From an uncultured Pseudomonadota bacterium (GTDB lineage Bacteria > Myxococcota_A > Polyangia > Fen-1088), in the NCBI GenBank assembly GCA_963774325.1, contig CAVZEF010000006.1, positions 1,126,510-1,190,509 on the forward strand: 64,000 nt of DNA. The letters run 5' to 3'. Position numbers and translations under genes: made by a program. Below the pieces are notes generated by a model that did no database searches, was not told the origin of the DNA, and saw only the letters and a list, made by a program, of their open reading frames with translations. The number at the start of each line of letters is the position of its first letter. The stretch's first letter is position 1. Shown piece after piece: positions 48,344-59,300 of this stretch.

Positions 48344-48817
48344 TCATCCCTCGTAAGCCCGCTTGAGCACGGCGATCTCGATCTTCTTCATCTTCATCAT
48401 CGCCTCCATGACCCGCGCGGCCTTCTTGCGGTCGGTGTCGCTCAGCATCTGGCCCAGGATCGCCGGCGTGACCTGCCACGACAGGCCGAACTTGTCCTTG
48501 AGCCAGCCGCAGGGGCCCTCCTGGCCGCCGTTGGCGGTGAGCTGGCTCCAGTAACGGTCGACCTCTTCCTGGCTCTTGCAGTCGACCGACAGCGAGATCG
48601 CCTCGGTGAACTTGTAGATCGGGCCGCCGTTGAGCGCGATGACCTCCTGGCCGTCGAGCTGGAACTGCACCGTCATCACGCTGCCCTTGGGGCCTGGCCC
48701 GGCGTCGCCGTAGCGGGCGATGGCCAGGATCTTCGAATTGGGGAAGGTCGAGGTGTAGAGGTTGGCGGCCTCCTCGGCCTGGGTGTCGAACCAGAGGAAC
48801 GGGCTGATCTTGGGCAT
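48344..48817 (-). CDS. VOC/glyoxalase-fold protein (PhnB / 3-demethylubiquinone methyltransferase-like domain)
   Basis: The ATG at 48817 follows AAAGGA. It reads MPKISPFLWFDTQAEEAANLYTSTFPNSKILAI...MTVQFQLDGQEVIALNGGP...CGWLKDKFGLSWQV. Confidence 0.7.
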   Translation of the reverse strand: MPKISPFLWFDTQAEEAANLYTSTFPNSKILAIARYGDAGPGPKGSVMTVQFQLDGQEVIALNGGPIYKFTEAISLSVDCKSQEEVDRYWSQLTANGGQEGPCGWLKDKFGLSWQVTPAILGQMLSDTDRKKAARVMEAMMKMKKIEIAVLKRAYEG

Positions 48818-48902
48818 GGGCGTCGTCCTTTCTTTTCTACTTCCTTCCTCAGAACGACGAACGTGGGGCCCACTCACCGACATGCCAACGAAAAAATGCG
48901 TG

Positions 48903-49289
48903 TCAGGCGACCGGGCGTGAGCCGGCGGCGGTGCGGAAGCGCTCGATGACCCCGATGAGCTCGTCGAGGTCGATCGGCTTCCGGATCGCGCCCGCGGTCT
49001 CCAGCGCCGCCGCCTTCTCACGCATGCGGCCGTCGGCGCTGAGCAGAACCACCGGGTACCGCGACAGCATCGGGTCTCGCTTCTGCAGCAGGCGAAACTC
49101 GGAGCCGCTCATCCGCGGCATCATCAAATCGAGCAGGATCAGCCCGGGCTGGCCGCCGCTTCGCAGATAGGTCAGCGCCTCGACGCCGTCGTTGGCGCAT
49201 TCGACGGCGTAACCCTCCTCGCGCAGGGTCTCCGCCAGAGCCTCGCGGACGTCGAAGTCGTCTTCGACGAGCAGGATCGTGAAGGACAT
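48903..49289 (-). CDS. Single-domain response regulator (CheY-like receiver)
   Basis: ILLVEDDFDVRE...GLILLDLMMPRMSG...VVLLSA...IRKP. The acidic pocket, phospho-acceptor Asp and conserved Lys are all present. Confidence 0.85.
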   Translation of the reverse strand: MSFTILLVEDDFDVREALAETLREEGYAVECANDGVEALTYLRSGGQPGLILLDLMMPRMSGSEFRLLQKRDPMLSRYPVVLLSADGRMREKAAALETAGAIRKPIDLDELIGVIERFRTAAGSRPVA

Positions 49290-49313
49290 TGCCGGGATTT
49301 TAGCGAAAAAACC

Positions 49314-50936
49314 TCAGCGCGCCGAGACCGACGGGGGGGAGGTCGATTCCGAGGGGTGTAACCAGGCCCCGAACACCTCGACCAGGTCAGCGCGGTCGAG
49401 GCGGTCGAAGTTCTTCAGGACCCATTCGATCGCCTGGCGGCGATCGAGCCCCGTGACTGCTCGCACGGCCGGTACCACCTCGGGAGACGGCGCCCCGGCC
49501 GGAACCGTGCTCTTGGCGGCCGGCGCAACGTGGCCGCCCGGTGCGCGGCGCGCCAGCAGCGCTTCGGCTGTCGCCTCGCGCACCGCCGGATCGCGCCGCT
49601 TGGCCAGGCGGTTCAGGAACGCCTCCGACGGCGCGGAGGTCATGCGGCCGAGCTCGTTGGCGACGGCGACGGCGACCTGGGGATAGGGCTCCTTCCAGAC
49701 CAGCACGAGCTGGTCCAGCGCCTTGTCACCGCAGCAGCGCACCAGCGCCGCCGCCGCGGCAGCGCGCACCTCGATCTCGGGGTCGTGCAGGAACGGCAGC
49801 CAGCGATAGAGCGCGGCGTGGCCACTCGCCGGCCGCGCCAGCAACGAGACCGCCGCCGCGCGCACCGACGGTTCCGGATCGGCCAGCACCGAGCCGAGCA
49901 ACTTGCGCGCGCCGTCGGCCGAGATGGCCGCGACCGCGCGCGCCGCCAGCGCGCGCTGGTGGCCGTCGCGCCCCCCGTCCTGGACGATCGCGCCCAGCAC
50001 CTCGACACATGGCGAGGTCGGGGGCAGACGGCCGCCCGCGGCGCTCAGCGCCTGCATGGCGATGTCGCGCGTCGCCGGATCGCTCGCGCCCAGGTTCTGC
50101 GCCACCAGCGGACAGATCTCGACGTTGAGGCCGCGCAGCGCGCTCGCCGCTGCATCGACCGTATCGCGGCGTCCGAGCGCGACGCGCAGGCGCGGCACCT
50201 GGCCCTGGTCGCCCGCGCGCGCGAGCGCCGCGGCGGCCCGCCCGTCGGTGACCGGATCGGCCTGCGGCCGCTTCAGCCAGGCGCGCGCGAACAGCATCAG
50301 CGGATCTTGCGACTCGGGCTCGCGCGAGGCGGCGCGGCGCTCGAGGCGCCACAGCGCTTCCTCGACCCGGCCCTGGATCAGTAAGTGCGGCAGCGCCTCT
50401 TCGAGCGGCTCTTCGAAGCGGTGCAGCTCTCCGCCCGAGCACCGGCGCGCATCGCGCGCCAGCACCCAGCGAAAGTGCGCGAGGCCGTCGTCGGACAGCA
50501 CCGCGACCGGCGGCACCGGAAAATCGTCGACGCGGCGGACGGCGTCGACCGCCGCCTCATCGAACGCCGGCGCACCGGAGCTGCCGACCAGCGTCACGTC
50601 GGTCGTCGAGCCGTCCCAGCGCACCGAGAACAGCACCACCGCCCCGCGCGCGCCCGAGCTGCCGAGGGAGCTCGCCGCCGGCGCCTTGTCGGCGACGCCG
50701 CGGATCAAGACGCCGGTCCAGAGTGGATGGATCCGTTCGTGGAGCGCGCGCAGGTAATCTGCCTCGACCCCTTCGCCGGGGAACGGCGGCTCCTGCGCGA
50801 GCGCGACGCGGGAGGCATCGGGCGACGGGTCGAGCGCGGGCACCGCCGCGGCTGCATGGCCGGCCGCCAGCCAGACGCCCAGCATCGCAGCGATGGCGCA
50901 CGTCTGGCCCCTTCCCTTGCACATCGAGCACCGCAT
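49314..50936 (-). CDS. TonB_C-like domain plus HEAT-repeat protein
   Basis: The ATG at 50936 lies within ORF 49314..51119. The signal/TM is CAIAAMLGVWLAAGHAAAA. The TonB_C-like part reads YLRALHERIHPLW...VVLFSVRWDGSTTDVTLVGSSGAPAFDEAAVDAVRRV. HEAT-like units follow (DPEPSVRAAAVSLLAR, HDPEIEVRAAAAAALVR, RDPAVREATAEALL). Confidence 0.6.
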   Translation of the reverse strand: MRCSMCKGRGQTCAIAAMLGVWLAAGHAAAAVPALDPSPDASRVALAQEPPFPGEGVEADYLRALHERIHPLWTGVLIRGVADKAPAASSLGSSGARGAVVLFSVRWDGSTTDVTLVGSSGAPAFDEAAVDAVRRVDDFPVPPVAVLSDDGLAHFRWVLARDARRCSGGELHRFEEPLEEALPHLLIQGRVEEALWRLERRAASREPESQDPLMLFARAWLKRPQADPVTDGRAAAALARAGDQGQVPRLRVALGRRDTVDAAASALRGLNVEICPLVAQNLGASDPATRDIAMQALSAAGGRLPPTSPCVEVLGAIVQDGGRDGHQRALAARAVAAISADGARKLLGSVLADPEPSVRAAAVSLLARPASGHAALYRWLPFLHDPEIEVRAAAAAALVRCCGDKALDQLVLVWKEPYPQVAVAVANELGRMTSAPSEAFLNRLAKRRDPAVREATAEALLARRAPGGHVAPAAKSTVPAGAPSPEVVPAVRAVTGLDRRQAIEWVLKNFDRLDRADLVEVFGAWLHPSESTSPPSVSAR

Positions 50937-50998
50937 CGGCAGATCGCGGGGTGAGCCTGAGCGTTGACGCCCCGCTTTTCGGGCGCTAGCGTGCCGGC

Positions 50999-52592
50999 TT
51001 GCCGCTCGCATCGCCCGAGGCTCCGCCGCCCTTTCAGTGGCTCCCGGCTGAGCCGGCGCCGCTACTCGAAAGGATGCGGGTGCACGCGGCGCTCGGCGAC
51101 GGCGCCGCGGTCGCCTCACTGGACGATGGACAGGTCACCGGGTACCGAACGCTCTGGGAACGGGCAATGGCGATCGGGACCGCGCTGCGCGGCGGGCGTC
51201 CGTCCCTGGCGGGTGAGCCGGTGGCCTTCCTGGTCCCGCCCGGTCGCGCCTACGTCGACGTGCTGCTCGGCGTGCTCGCGGGGGGCGGGATGGCGGTCCC
51301 GCTGTCACCACTGCACACCGCGCCCGAGGTGGCCTACATCGTCGGCAACGCCGCGCCGATCCGGATCATCGCGGCGCCCGAGCTGGCGGATCGTGCCGCC
51401 GCCGCGGCCGGTGGACGCCCGGTGGTCACGCCCGACGAGCTCGGCGCCACGGGCGCGCCGCCGGGTGGCGCCGGCGACACCGTAACGGCCGGCACGCCGG
51501 CGATCATGCTCTACACCTCGGGCACGACCGGCCGGCCGAAAGGCGTCGTGCTCACGCACGGCGCGGTCGCCGCGACGCTGGCGTCGCTCGAGGTCGCGTG
51601 GCGCTGGCGCCGAGACGATCGCCTGCTGCACGTGCTGCCGCTGCACCACACCCACGGATTGATCGTGGCGTTGCTCGGCGCGCTGTGGGCGGGCGCGACA
51701 GCGACGTTCATGCCGTTCGACGCCGCGCAGATCTGGCAGCACCTCGGCGAGTCGACGCTGTTCATGGCGGTGCCGACGATGTACGCGAAGCTGATCGACG
51801 CCTATCGCGCCGCCGCGCCCGAGCAACGCGCCGCCTGGTCGGCGGGCGCGCGGCGGTTGCGCCTCTTCACGAGCGGCTCGGCCGCGCTGCCGGCGCCGCT
51901 GCTGCACGCGTTTCGAGGAGGCGACCGGCCAGACGATCCTCGAACGCTACGGCATGACCGAGATCGGCATGGCGCTCTCCAACCGCTACGACGGCCCGCG
52001 CATCGCCGGCGCCGTCGGCGTGCCGCTGCCGGGCGTCGAGGTCGACATCGTCGGCGACGACGAGGAGCTGGTCCCCGACGGCGAGCCCGGCGAGCTGCGC
52101 GTCCGCACGCCGCAGCTCTTCGCGGGCTACCACGACGACGACGCGGCGACGGCCGCGGCGTACGATGCCGCGGGCCGCTTCCGCACCGGCGACACCGGCG
52201 TGCGCGATCCCGGCGGTGTGATTCGCCTGCTCGGCCGCACGTCGGTCGACGTGCTCAAGAGCGGCGGCTACAAGATCTCGGCGCTGGAGATCGAGGCGGC
52301 GCTGCGCGACCACCCCGCGATCGCCGACGTCGCGGTGATCGGCGTGCCCGATCCGACGCTGACCTGGGGCGACCTGGTCACGGCGTGCGTCGTCCTGCGC
52401 GAGGGCGCCGCGCTGACGCTCGACGAGCTGAAGGCGTTCGCGCGCGATCGCCTCGCGGTCTACAAGATCCCGCGCGCGCTGCGGGTCTGCGCGGCCCTGC
52501 CCCGCAACGCCATGGGCAAGGTGCAGAAGCACCAGCTCGTGGACGGGGATGCGCGCGGCGGCGGCGCGGAGCGGGGAGACGACAACCGGTGA
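50999..52592 (+). CDS. AMP-dependent acyl-CoA synthetase/ligase, frame-disrupted at 51911-51913
   Basis: MLYTSGTTGRPKGV is the AMP-binding motif. After a TTT run the frame shifts. The conserved continuation is in ORF 51954..52592: EEATGQTILERYGMTEIGMALSN...GDTGVRDPGGVIRLLGRTSVDVLKSGGYKISALEIE...YKIPR...NAMGKVQK. Confidence 0.85.
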
Positions 52593-55500
52593 TCCGGCTC
52601 GTCTACTCGAACGCGACCGAGGAGCTGCTCGCCGCGCTCGCCGACGCGATCGCCGAGGAGCGGCGCACGGCCGGCCCGCTCGAGCCGGTGCGCGTCGTCG
52701 TGCCCAACGCCAACATCGAGACGTATCTGAAGCTGGGGTTGGCCGAGCGCGCCGGGATCGCAGCCAACCTCGAGATCACGTTCCTGCGCCGGTTCCTGGC
52801 GCGCATCGCCGAGCGCGCGCTGCCGCCGGCGCGCGCTGTCGACGCCGACCACATCGAGGGCTGCCTGCTCGCGCTGTTCCACGATCCGGCGCGGATCGCC
52901 GAGCCCGAGCTCGAACCGGTGCGCGCCTACCTGAGCGCCGCCGGCGACGCGCCCGACGCCGTCGATCGCCGGCGCTGCCAGCTGGCGGCGACGCTGGCGC
53001 GGCTCTTCGACGAGTACGCGAGCTCGCGGCCGCGGATGCTCGCCGAGTGGCGCGCGCATGAGACGGCGCGCGCGCGCGGGTCGTCGGCCGATCGCGAGGC
53101 GCGCGACGGCGCGGGTGGCGGAACGCCCGCGCTCGACGAACGCGCGCGCTTCGCCGCGACCGAGCGATGGCAGCGCGCGCTGTGGCTGGCGATCTTCGGC
53201 GCGAACGGGCTGCTGGCCGAGGAGGGGGCCCGCACCGGGACGACCTTCCTGCCGCTCGGCGAGCTGCTCGTCGAGGCGGAGCGCCGCCTCGAGCCCTCCG
53301 GCCTCGGACGCGCGCTGCACGTGTTCGGGGTCTCCTACGTCGCCGAGAGCTACCACCGCATGCTGGCGCTGCTCGGCCGGCACCTGGACGTGCGCATCTA
53401 CACGCTCAACCCGTGCCGCGAGTTCTGGGAGGACCTCGACACCGCGCACGAGGCGGCGCGGCGCACCAAGAGAGAGACGAAGCGGCTCTTCCCCACGCGG
53501 CGCGAGAGCCGGCAGCCGATGCTCACCGTCGACGACGATCCGTTCGCGCTCGCCGGCGAGGGCGAGATGCTGGCGCTGCGCCTGTGGGGACGGCCCGGCC
53601 GCGAGAACGTCCGCCTGCTCAACCAGCTCACCGACGCCGACTTCGACGGGCGCTTCCACAGTCACGCCGGCGACCACGACGACGGCGCCGCGGCGCCGCT
53701 GCCTTTACTGCACCGGCTGCAGGACGACATCCTCGACCGCGTCGCGCGCGACCGCCCCGATCCCGCGCTCACCGCCGACGGCAGCATCACCGTGCTCCCC
53801 TGCCCTGGCCTGCGGCGCGAGCTCGAGGTCGTCGCCGCCGAGATCTGGCGCATGGTGCGCGCCGATCCGTCGCTGCGCTTCAACCACATCGCGGTGATCG
53901 TCCCCGAGGCCAACAAGGAGGCCTATCTGTCGCAGATCGGCGCGGTCTTCGGCGAGAGCCACGATCTGCCGTGGAGCGGCGTCGACCTGCCGCCCGGGCA
54001 CGGTCACGGCGTCGGCGAGGTCATCGAGATCGCCGAGCGGCTCATCGACCTGCCGCTCGGCACGTTCACGCGACGCGAGCTTCTGCCGCTGCTGACTCAC
54101 CCCGCGATCCTGTCGCCCGCGCGCTTCCCGGGCGTCACGCCCGCCGACTGGATCAGCCTGTGCGAGGAGCTGGCGATCGTGCATGGCGCCGACCACCGCG
54201 ACCACGCCGAGACGTACATCCACGAGGACCTCTTCAACTGGGACCAGGGTGTGCGCCGCGTGGCGCTGGGCGCGCTCATGACCGGGCCGCGCAGCGGCGA
54301 CGACGAGCCGGTGCGGCTCGGCGAGCGCGACTACCTGCCCGCGGAGTCGCCCGCCGGCCAGACCGCCGGCGCGCTGGGATTCGCGCTGCTGGTGCGCTCG
54401 CTGATCGAAGACGCGCGCTTCGCCGCCGGCGTCACCGGCCCGCGCCTGCGCCGGCTGCCCGAGTGGCTGGAGCTGATCCGCGGCCTGGTCGCCGCGTACG
54501 TCTGCCCCGCCGACGACGTCGGCGCCGCGGGCGTGGCGCGTACGCTGCGCGCGCTGTCGGACCTGGACGACGTGGCGGCCAGCCTGGGCGACCGCGCGGT
54601 GTCGTATCGTGTGGCGGCCGAGCTCTGCCGCGCGCGCCTGCGCCGCATCGGCGGCGAGCGCGGCCAGCACCTGGCCCGCGGGGTCGCGGTCGCGTCGTTC
54701 GTGCCGATGCGCGCGATCCCGTTCCGCGCGATCTTTCTCGTCGGGCTCGGCCACGGCGCGTTCCCGTCCGCCCCGCGCCGCGACGAGCTGGACCTGCGCG
54801 CCGCGCGCCGCCTGCCGGGCGACGTCTCGCCGCGCGAGCAGGACCTTTACATGTTCCTGGAGACGCTGCTGGGCGCGCGCGAGCGGCTGGTGCTGTCCTA
54901 TGTCGCGCGCGACGAGCTCACCGGTGATCGCCTCGAGCCGTCGTCGGTGATCCTCGAGCTCGGCGACCTCCTGCGCCGCGGGTACCTGCCGGCCGCCGAG
55001 GCGCGGCGCCTGCTCGACCCAGCGCCGATCCCGCTGCGGCGCTTCGACGACGACGATCGGCTCGACGCGCATCCTCCGGCGCTGCGCGAGAGCCGGGCGC
55101 GCGCACTCGGCCGCTCGCTGGCGGCGGCGTTGCCGCCCGGCGCCCCGCCGCCCGAGCTGTCGTCGCTGGCCGAGCTGTTGCCGGCGGCCGCCTACCACCA
55201 GGTCACGACGTCGCTGGGCCTGCACCGCCCGCCGCGCGCCGAGGGGCCCGCACCGAGCGCCGTCGCCGGCGTGACCCAGGTGTCGCTGCAGACGCTGCGC
55301 CAGTTCCTGGAGGATCCGCTGCAGGGCGCCGCCCGCTTTCGCCTGCGCATGCGCGAGCTCGAGGCCGACGAGGAATGCATCGATCGCGACGACGAGCCTT
55401 TCGAGAGCGAGCGCACGGCGCGCACGCTGCGCCTGCGCGCGGCCATGCTGTCGGTGCTCGCCGGGAAGGGCGCGACGCCGCCGCCGAGCTGGGCCGACGT

Positions 55501-56380
55501 CCGCGCCGCGCACGCGCGCCTCGCGCGCCGCGACGAGCTCCTGGGGCGAATCCCGACCGGCTTCTTCCGGGAAGCCGAGGGCCCGGCCGAGGAGGAGATC
55601 CTCGCCACCTGGTGGGAGCACGCGCGCGCCGTCGGCGGCGGCTGGCCGGCGGTGGGGCGCATCCTGCGCTTCGGCCGCGCCGCCGAGCTGGAGGCGGCCG
55701 ACGATCTGCGCGACCCGATCGTGCTCTCGGTGCCGGTCGCGGGCGCGCCGGCGCGCCGGCTGGACATCGTCGGGCGCACCGAGCTCATCGTCGCGCCGGC
55801 AAACGGGGGCGCGGCGGCCGGCTCGCTGGTCTTCTCTTGCCGCTCGACGAGGCGCGATGACCCGCGCGCCGACCGCGAGCTCCTGCGCGCTTTTCTCGAC
55901 CACGTCGCGCTCGCGGCGGCCGGTCTCTCGCAGGGCGCGCACGAGGCGCTGCTCGCCGTCGCCAGCGGAACGACCCGCCAGGGCGCGGCGCGGAGCGCGC
56001 TCGATCGCCGGCTGCTGGCGCCCGTCGAGCCGGCGCGCGCGCGCGCCTACCTCGAGACGCTGGCGGCCGAGCTGCTGGAAGGCGCGCCAGACCCCGCGAC
56101 CGGCAGCCCCACCGGCGTGCACCCGTACCTGCTGCCGTACGAGGCGGTCTTCGGCGTGCGCAACAGCAAGAAGCCCGTGGACCTCATCGAGCTCATCGAG
56201 GATCTGCGCGACGAGTTCGCCGAGCGCGGGCGGCTCTTCAGCTCCGCCTACGGCCCGGTGCCCCAGGCGATCGAGCGGCACTTGCCGCCGAGCCCCGAGG
56301 CTGCGTCGCGCATGGTCGCCCAGCGCTTCGGCTTGCTCTTCGAGCTCCTTCGCGAGCCCACCCCGGAGGCCGAAGCGTGA
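52589..56380 (+). CDS. recC: Exodeoxyribonuclease V gamma subunit RecC
   Basis: The GTG at 52589 overlaps the synthetase TGA. The N-terminus VIRLVYSNATEELLAALADAI...VVVPNANIETYLKLGLAERAGIAANLEITF parallels the RecC N-terminus as I recall it. It is 1263 aa, intact, and directly upstream of recB-recD. Confidence 0.85.
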   Translation: MIRLVYSNATEELLAALADAIAEERRTAGPLEPVRVVVPNANIETYLKLGLAERAGIAANLEITFLRRFLARIAERALPPARAVDADHIEGCLLALFHDPARIAEPELEPVRAYLSAAGDAPDAVDRRRCQLAATLARLFDEYASSRPRMLAEWRAHETARARGSSADREARDGAGGGTPALDERARFAATERWQRALWLAIFGANGLLAEEGARTGTTFLPLGELLVEAERRLEPSGLGRALHVFGVSYVAESYHRMLALLGRHLDVRIYTLNPCREFWEDLDTAHEAARRTKRETKRLFPTRRESRQPMLTVDDDPFALAGEGEMLALRLWGRPGRENVRLLNQLTDADFDGRFHSHAGDHDDGAAAPLPLLHRLQDDILDRVARDRPDPALTADGSITVLPCPGLRRELEVVAAEIWRMVRADPSLRFNHIAVIVPEANKEAYLSQIGAVFGESHDLPWSGVDLPPGHGHGVGEVIEIAERLIDLPLGTFTRRELLPLLTHPAILSPARFPGVTPADWISLCEELAIVHGADHRDHAETYIHEDLFNWDQGVRRVALGALMTGPRSGDDEPVRLGERDYLPAESPAGQTAGALGFALLVRSLIEDARFAAGVTGPRLRRLPEWLELIRGLVAAYVCPADDVGAAGVARTLRALSDLDDVAASLGDRAVSYRVAAELCRARLRRIGGERGQHLARGVAVASFVPMRAIPFRAIFLVGLGHGAFPSAPRRDELDLRAARRLPGDVSPREQDLYMFLETLLGARERLVLSYVARDELTGDRLEPSSVILELGDLLRRGYLPAAEARRLLDPAPIPLRRFDDDDRLDAHPPALRESRARALGRSLAAALPPGAPPPELSSLAELLPAAAYHQVTTSLGLHRPPRAEGPAPSAVAGVTQVSLQTLRQFLEDPLQGAARFRLRMRELEADEECIDRDDEPFESERTARTLRLRAAMLSVLAGKGATPPPSWADVRAAHARLARRDELLGRIPTGFFREAEGPAEEEILATWWEHARAVGGGWPAVGRILRFGRAAELEAADDLRDPIVLSVPVAGAPARRLDIVGRTELIVAPANGGAAAGSLVFSCRSTRRDDPRADRELLRAFLDHVALAAAGLSQGAHEALLAVASGTTRQGAARSALDRRLLAPVEPARARAYLETLAAELLEGAPDPATGSPTGVHPYLLPYEAVFGVRNSKKPVDLIELIEDLRDEFAERGRLFSSAYGPVPQAIERHLPPSPEAASRMVAQRFGLLFELLREPTPEAEA

Positions 56381-59300
56381 GCGAGCGCGATGTGAGACCT
56401 CCGGTGCGCTACCGGAAGCCAGTCGAGCTCCGTCGCCTGGGGAGCCGCCACGCCATCGTCGAGGCATCGGCGGGCACCGGGAAGACCTACATCCTCGAGC
56501 ATCTGATCGTCGATCTGCTGCTGCGAACTGGCACGACGCTCGATCAGATCCTGATCGTCACCTTCACCGAGAAGGCGACCACCGAGCTGACCCACCGCGT
56601 GCGGCGCAAGCTCGAGGAGCTGAGCGAGCTGCGCGAGGACCGCGTCCCGAGCCCGGCGCGAGAAGGCGACGCGGGAGCGGGCGACGGCGACGACGACTGG
56701 ATCCTCGACGCGGCGGCGAGAGAGAAGCTGCGGCGCGCGCTGCTCGGCTTCGATCGCGGCAACATCCTGACCATCCACGCCTTCTGCCAGCGCATCCTGA
56801 CCGAGAACGCGTTCGTCCAGGGCCGCCTCTTCGACGAGGAGGCGACCGAGGAGCGCGACGCGTTCCATGCGGCGTTCACCGAGACGCTGCGCCACGACCT
56901 GCGTGCCGGCAGCGACCAGGCCACGCTGCTGGATGCCTGGCGTCGCGCCGGCAATACCATCGAAGGGCTCGAGCGAGCGCTCTTCGACGTCGCGGCCAAG
57001 CTCGGGTGCATCTACCCGCCTCGCGCCAGCGCGATCCGGCCCGACGCGCGTTACAACGGCCAACTGTTCCTTCAGGCGGCACGAAGCTGGCCGACGGTCC
57101 CGGATCTCGACGACCGCGTGCTCGCCATGTTCAAGAAGCACGGCGTCCACGCCAACACCGCGCGCGCGGCGGCGCGCCGGATCCGCGCGGTCAACGATGC
57201 GCTGGAAGACGGGGCCGACGGGCCGGCCGCGCTGCTGACGGCGCTGGCGCGCGTCGACGTCGGCATCACGACGACCAAGCTCAAGGACGGGATTCTCGCG
57301 TCGATTCACGGCGAGCTCGCGGACCACGCGGGCCGCGATCCGCTGGCCGCGGAGCTGCGCCGCGCGGCGCTGGTGCTCGACGCCGTGTTCGCGCCGCTGA
57401 GCGCGCTGCTGGCCAATCACCTGCTGCCGCTCGTGCGCGCGCGTCTCGAGCGGCGCAAGCGCGAAGCCGGGCTGTTCGACTTTCAGGACATGCTGACGCT
57501 CGTGGCCCGCAACCTGGAAGGCGACGGCGCCCGCGCGCGGGCCTTGCTGGGCGCGTTGCGCGCGCGTTATCGCTACGCGCTGGTCGACGAGTTTCAGGAC
57601 ACCGACGAGACGCAGTGGCAGATCTTCCGGCGGCTGTTCGTCGACGACGGTGCGACCGGCGTGCTCACGCTGGTCGGCGATCCCAAGCAAGCGATCTACT
57701 CGTTCCGCGGCGCCGACGTGCACACCTACCTGCGCGCGCGCGCCGAGCTGGCGGCCGTGCAGGAGCCGCTGTTTCTCGACGCGAGCTACCGCGCGACCGC
57801 GCTGCTGATCGCCGCGCAGAACGCGCTGCTCGAGCAGGCCGACCCCGCGCCGTTCTTTCGCGCCGACGGCCCGATTCGTTACGACCATCCGGTCTCGTGC
57901 GGGCGCCCGGAGCTGGCGCTGGTCGACGCCCGCGGCCGCGAGGTGGCGCCGGTCGTCGTGCTCGACGTCGTGCGCGCGCCGGAAAAGACCGCTCCGCGCC
58001 TGACGTTCCATGAGATCAAACCGGCGTTGCTCGATCGGATCGCCCGCGAGATCGAACGGTTGCTCTGCGACGAAGGCCGGCTGTACCTGCGCGACGGCGA
58101 TGCCCGCGCCGCGGCGCCGCTGGGCGCGCGCGACATCTTCGTGCTGACGCGCACCATCCGCGAGAGCCGCGAGGTCGGCGAGGCGCTGCGCGCGCGCCGC
58201 ATCCCGTTCGCCTACTTCAAGCAAGAGAAGCTGTTCGACACCGTCGAGGCCGAGTCGGTCCGCGATCTGCTGCGCGCGCTGGCCGAGCCCGACGATCGCT
58301 CGGCGCGCTTTCGCGCGTTCATCACCGGATTCTTCGGCCTGACGCTGCTCGACCTGGCCGCCTGCGACGCCCTGCCGGCCGACCATCCGCTGATGCAGCG
58401 TCTCGAGGACTGGCGCGCACTCGGCGAAGCGGGCCAGATCGACCAGCTCTTCGCGCGCATCGTCGATGACAGCGGCGTGATCTCGCGTGAGCTGTTCGCG
58501 CAGGGGGTCAAGGGGCGCGCGAGCGAACGCGCCATCACCAACTACCTGCACCTGTTCGAGCTCCTGCAACACGAGGTCGTGCGCGATCCCTGCACGCTGC
58601 GCGAGCTGGTGCAGCGCCTGGGCGGCTACGTCGCCGGCACGCGCCGCCCGCCCGGCCAGAATGCCGACGTGCAGCGCCTGGAGACGGACGCCGAGGCCGT
58701 GCAGATCATGACGATCCATCACTCGAAGGGCCTGGAGGCCGGGATCGTGTTCGTTTACGGCGCGACCTGGCCGTTTCGCGGCGGCGGCGATTCGCGCATG
58801 TTCCACGACGAGGAGGGGCGGCGCACGATCCGCGTCGGCCGGCAGCCCGCGGCCGAAGAGACGCTCTACAACGCCGACCAGGACGACGAGGAGCGCCGAG
58901 TCCTATACGTGGCGCTGACGCGCGCGCGTGCGCGGATCTATCTGCCGCGCTATGCGCCGCACCCGACCTGCTCGGTCAACGGCGCCTACAAGTTCGTCAA
59001 CGACCGCCTGCACGGGTTGCTGGGCGGTATCACGCCCGCCGAGGTCCGCTCGCTGTTTCAGCTCGAGCCGGTCCCCTGCCCGCTCGCGCCCGCGCCGGCC
59101 GCGCCGGCCGACGATCTGGCGGCCGCGCTTCGCGCCTGGCAGGCGCCGCCGGCGCTGGTGAACGCGCCCGTGCCGCACGCCGCCTTTCACCAGGCAAGGG
59201 CGACGCGCGCCGGCTTCGTGGTGACGTCCTATTCGGCGATGCGTCGATCGCACCAGCGCTTCGTGCCGGCCGAAACGCTGGACGCCGCCGGTGACGACGC

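Noticed and set aside
50999-56380. 1793-aa synthetase-RecC fusion protein
   Set aside because: The middle 230 residues or so are Arg-rich out-of-frame sequence. The real synthetase C-terminus is in ORF 51954..52592 and stops with a GTGA overlap onto the recC start.
53705-58806. 920-aa and 852-aa minus-strand ORFs opposite recC and recB
   Set aside because: Both are antisense artefacts of GC-rich coding DNA. The plus-strand frames carry helicase and nuclease motifs.
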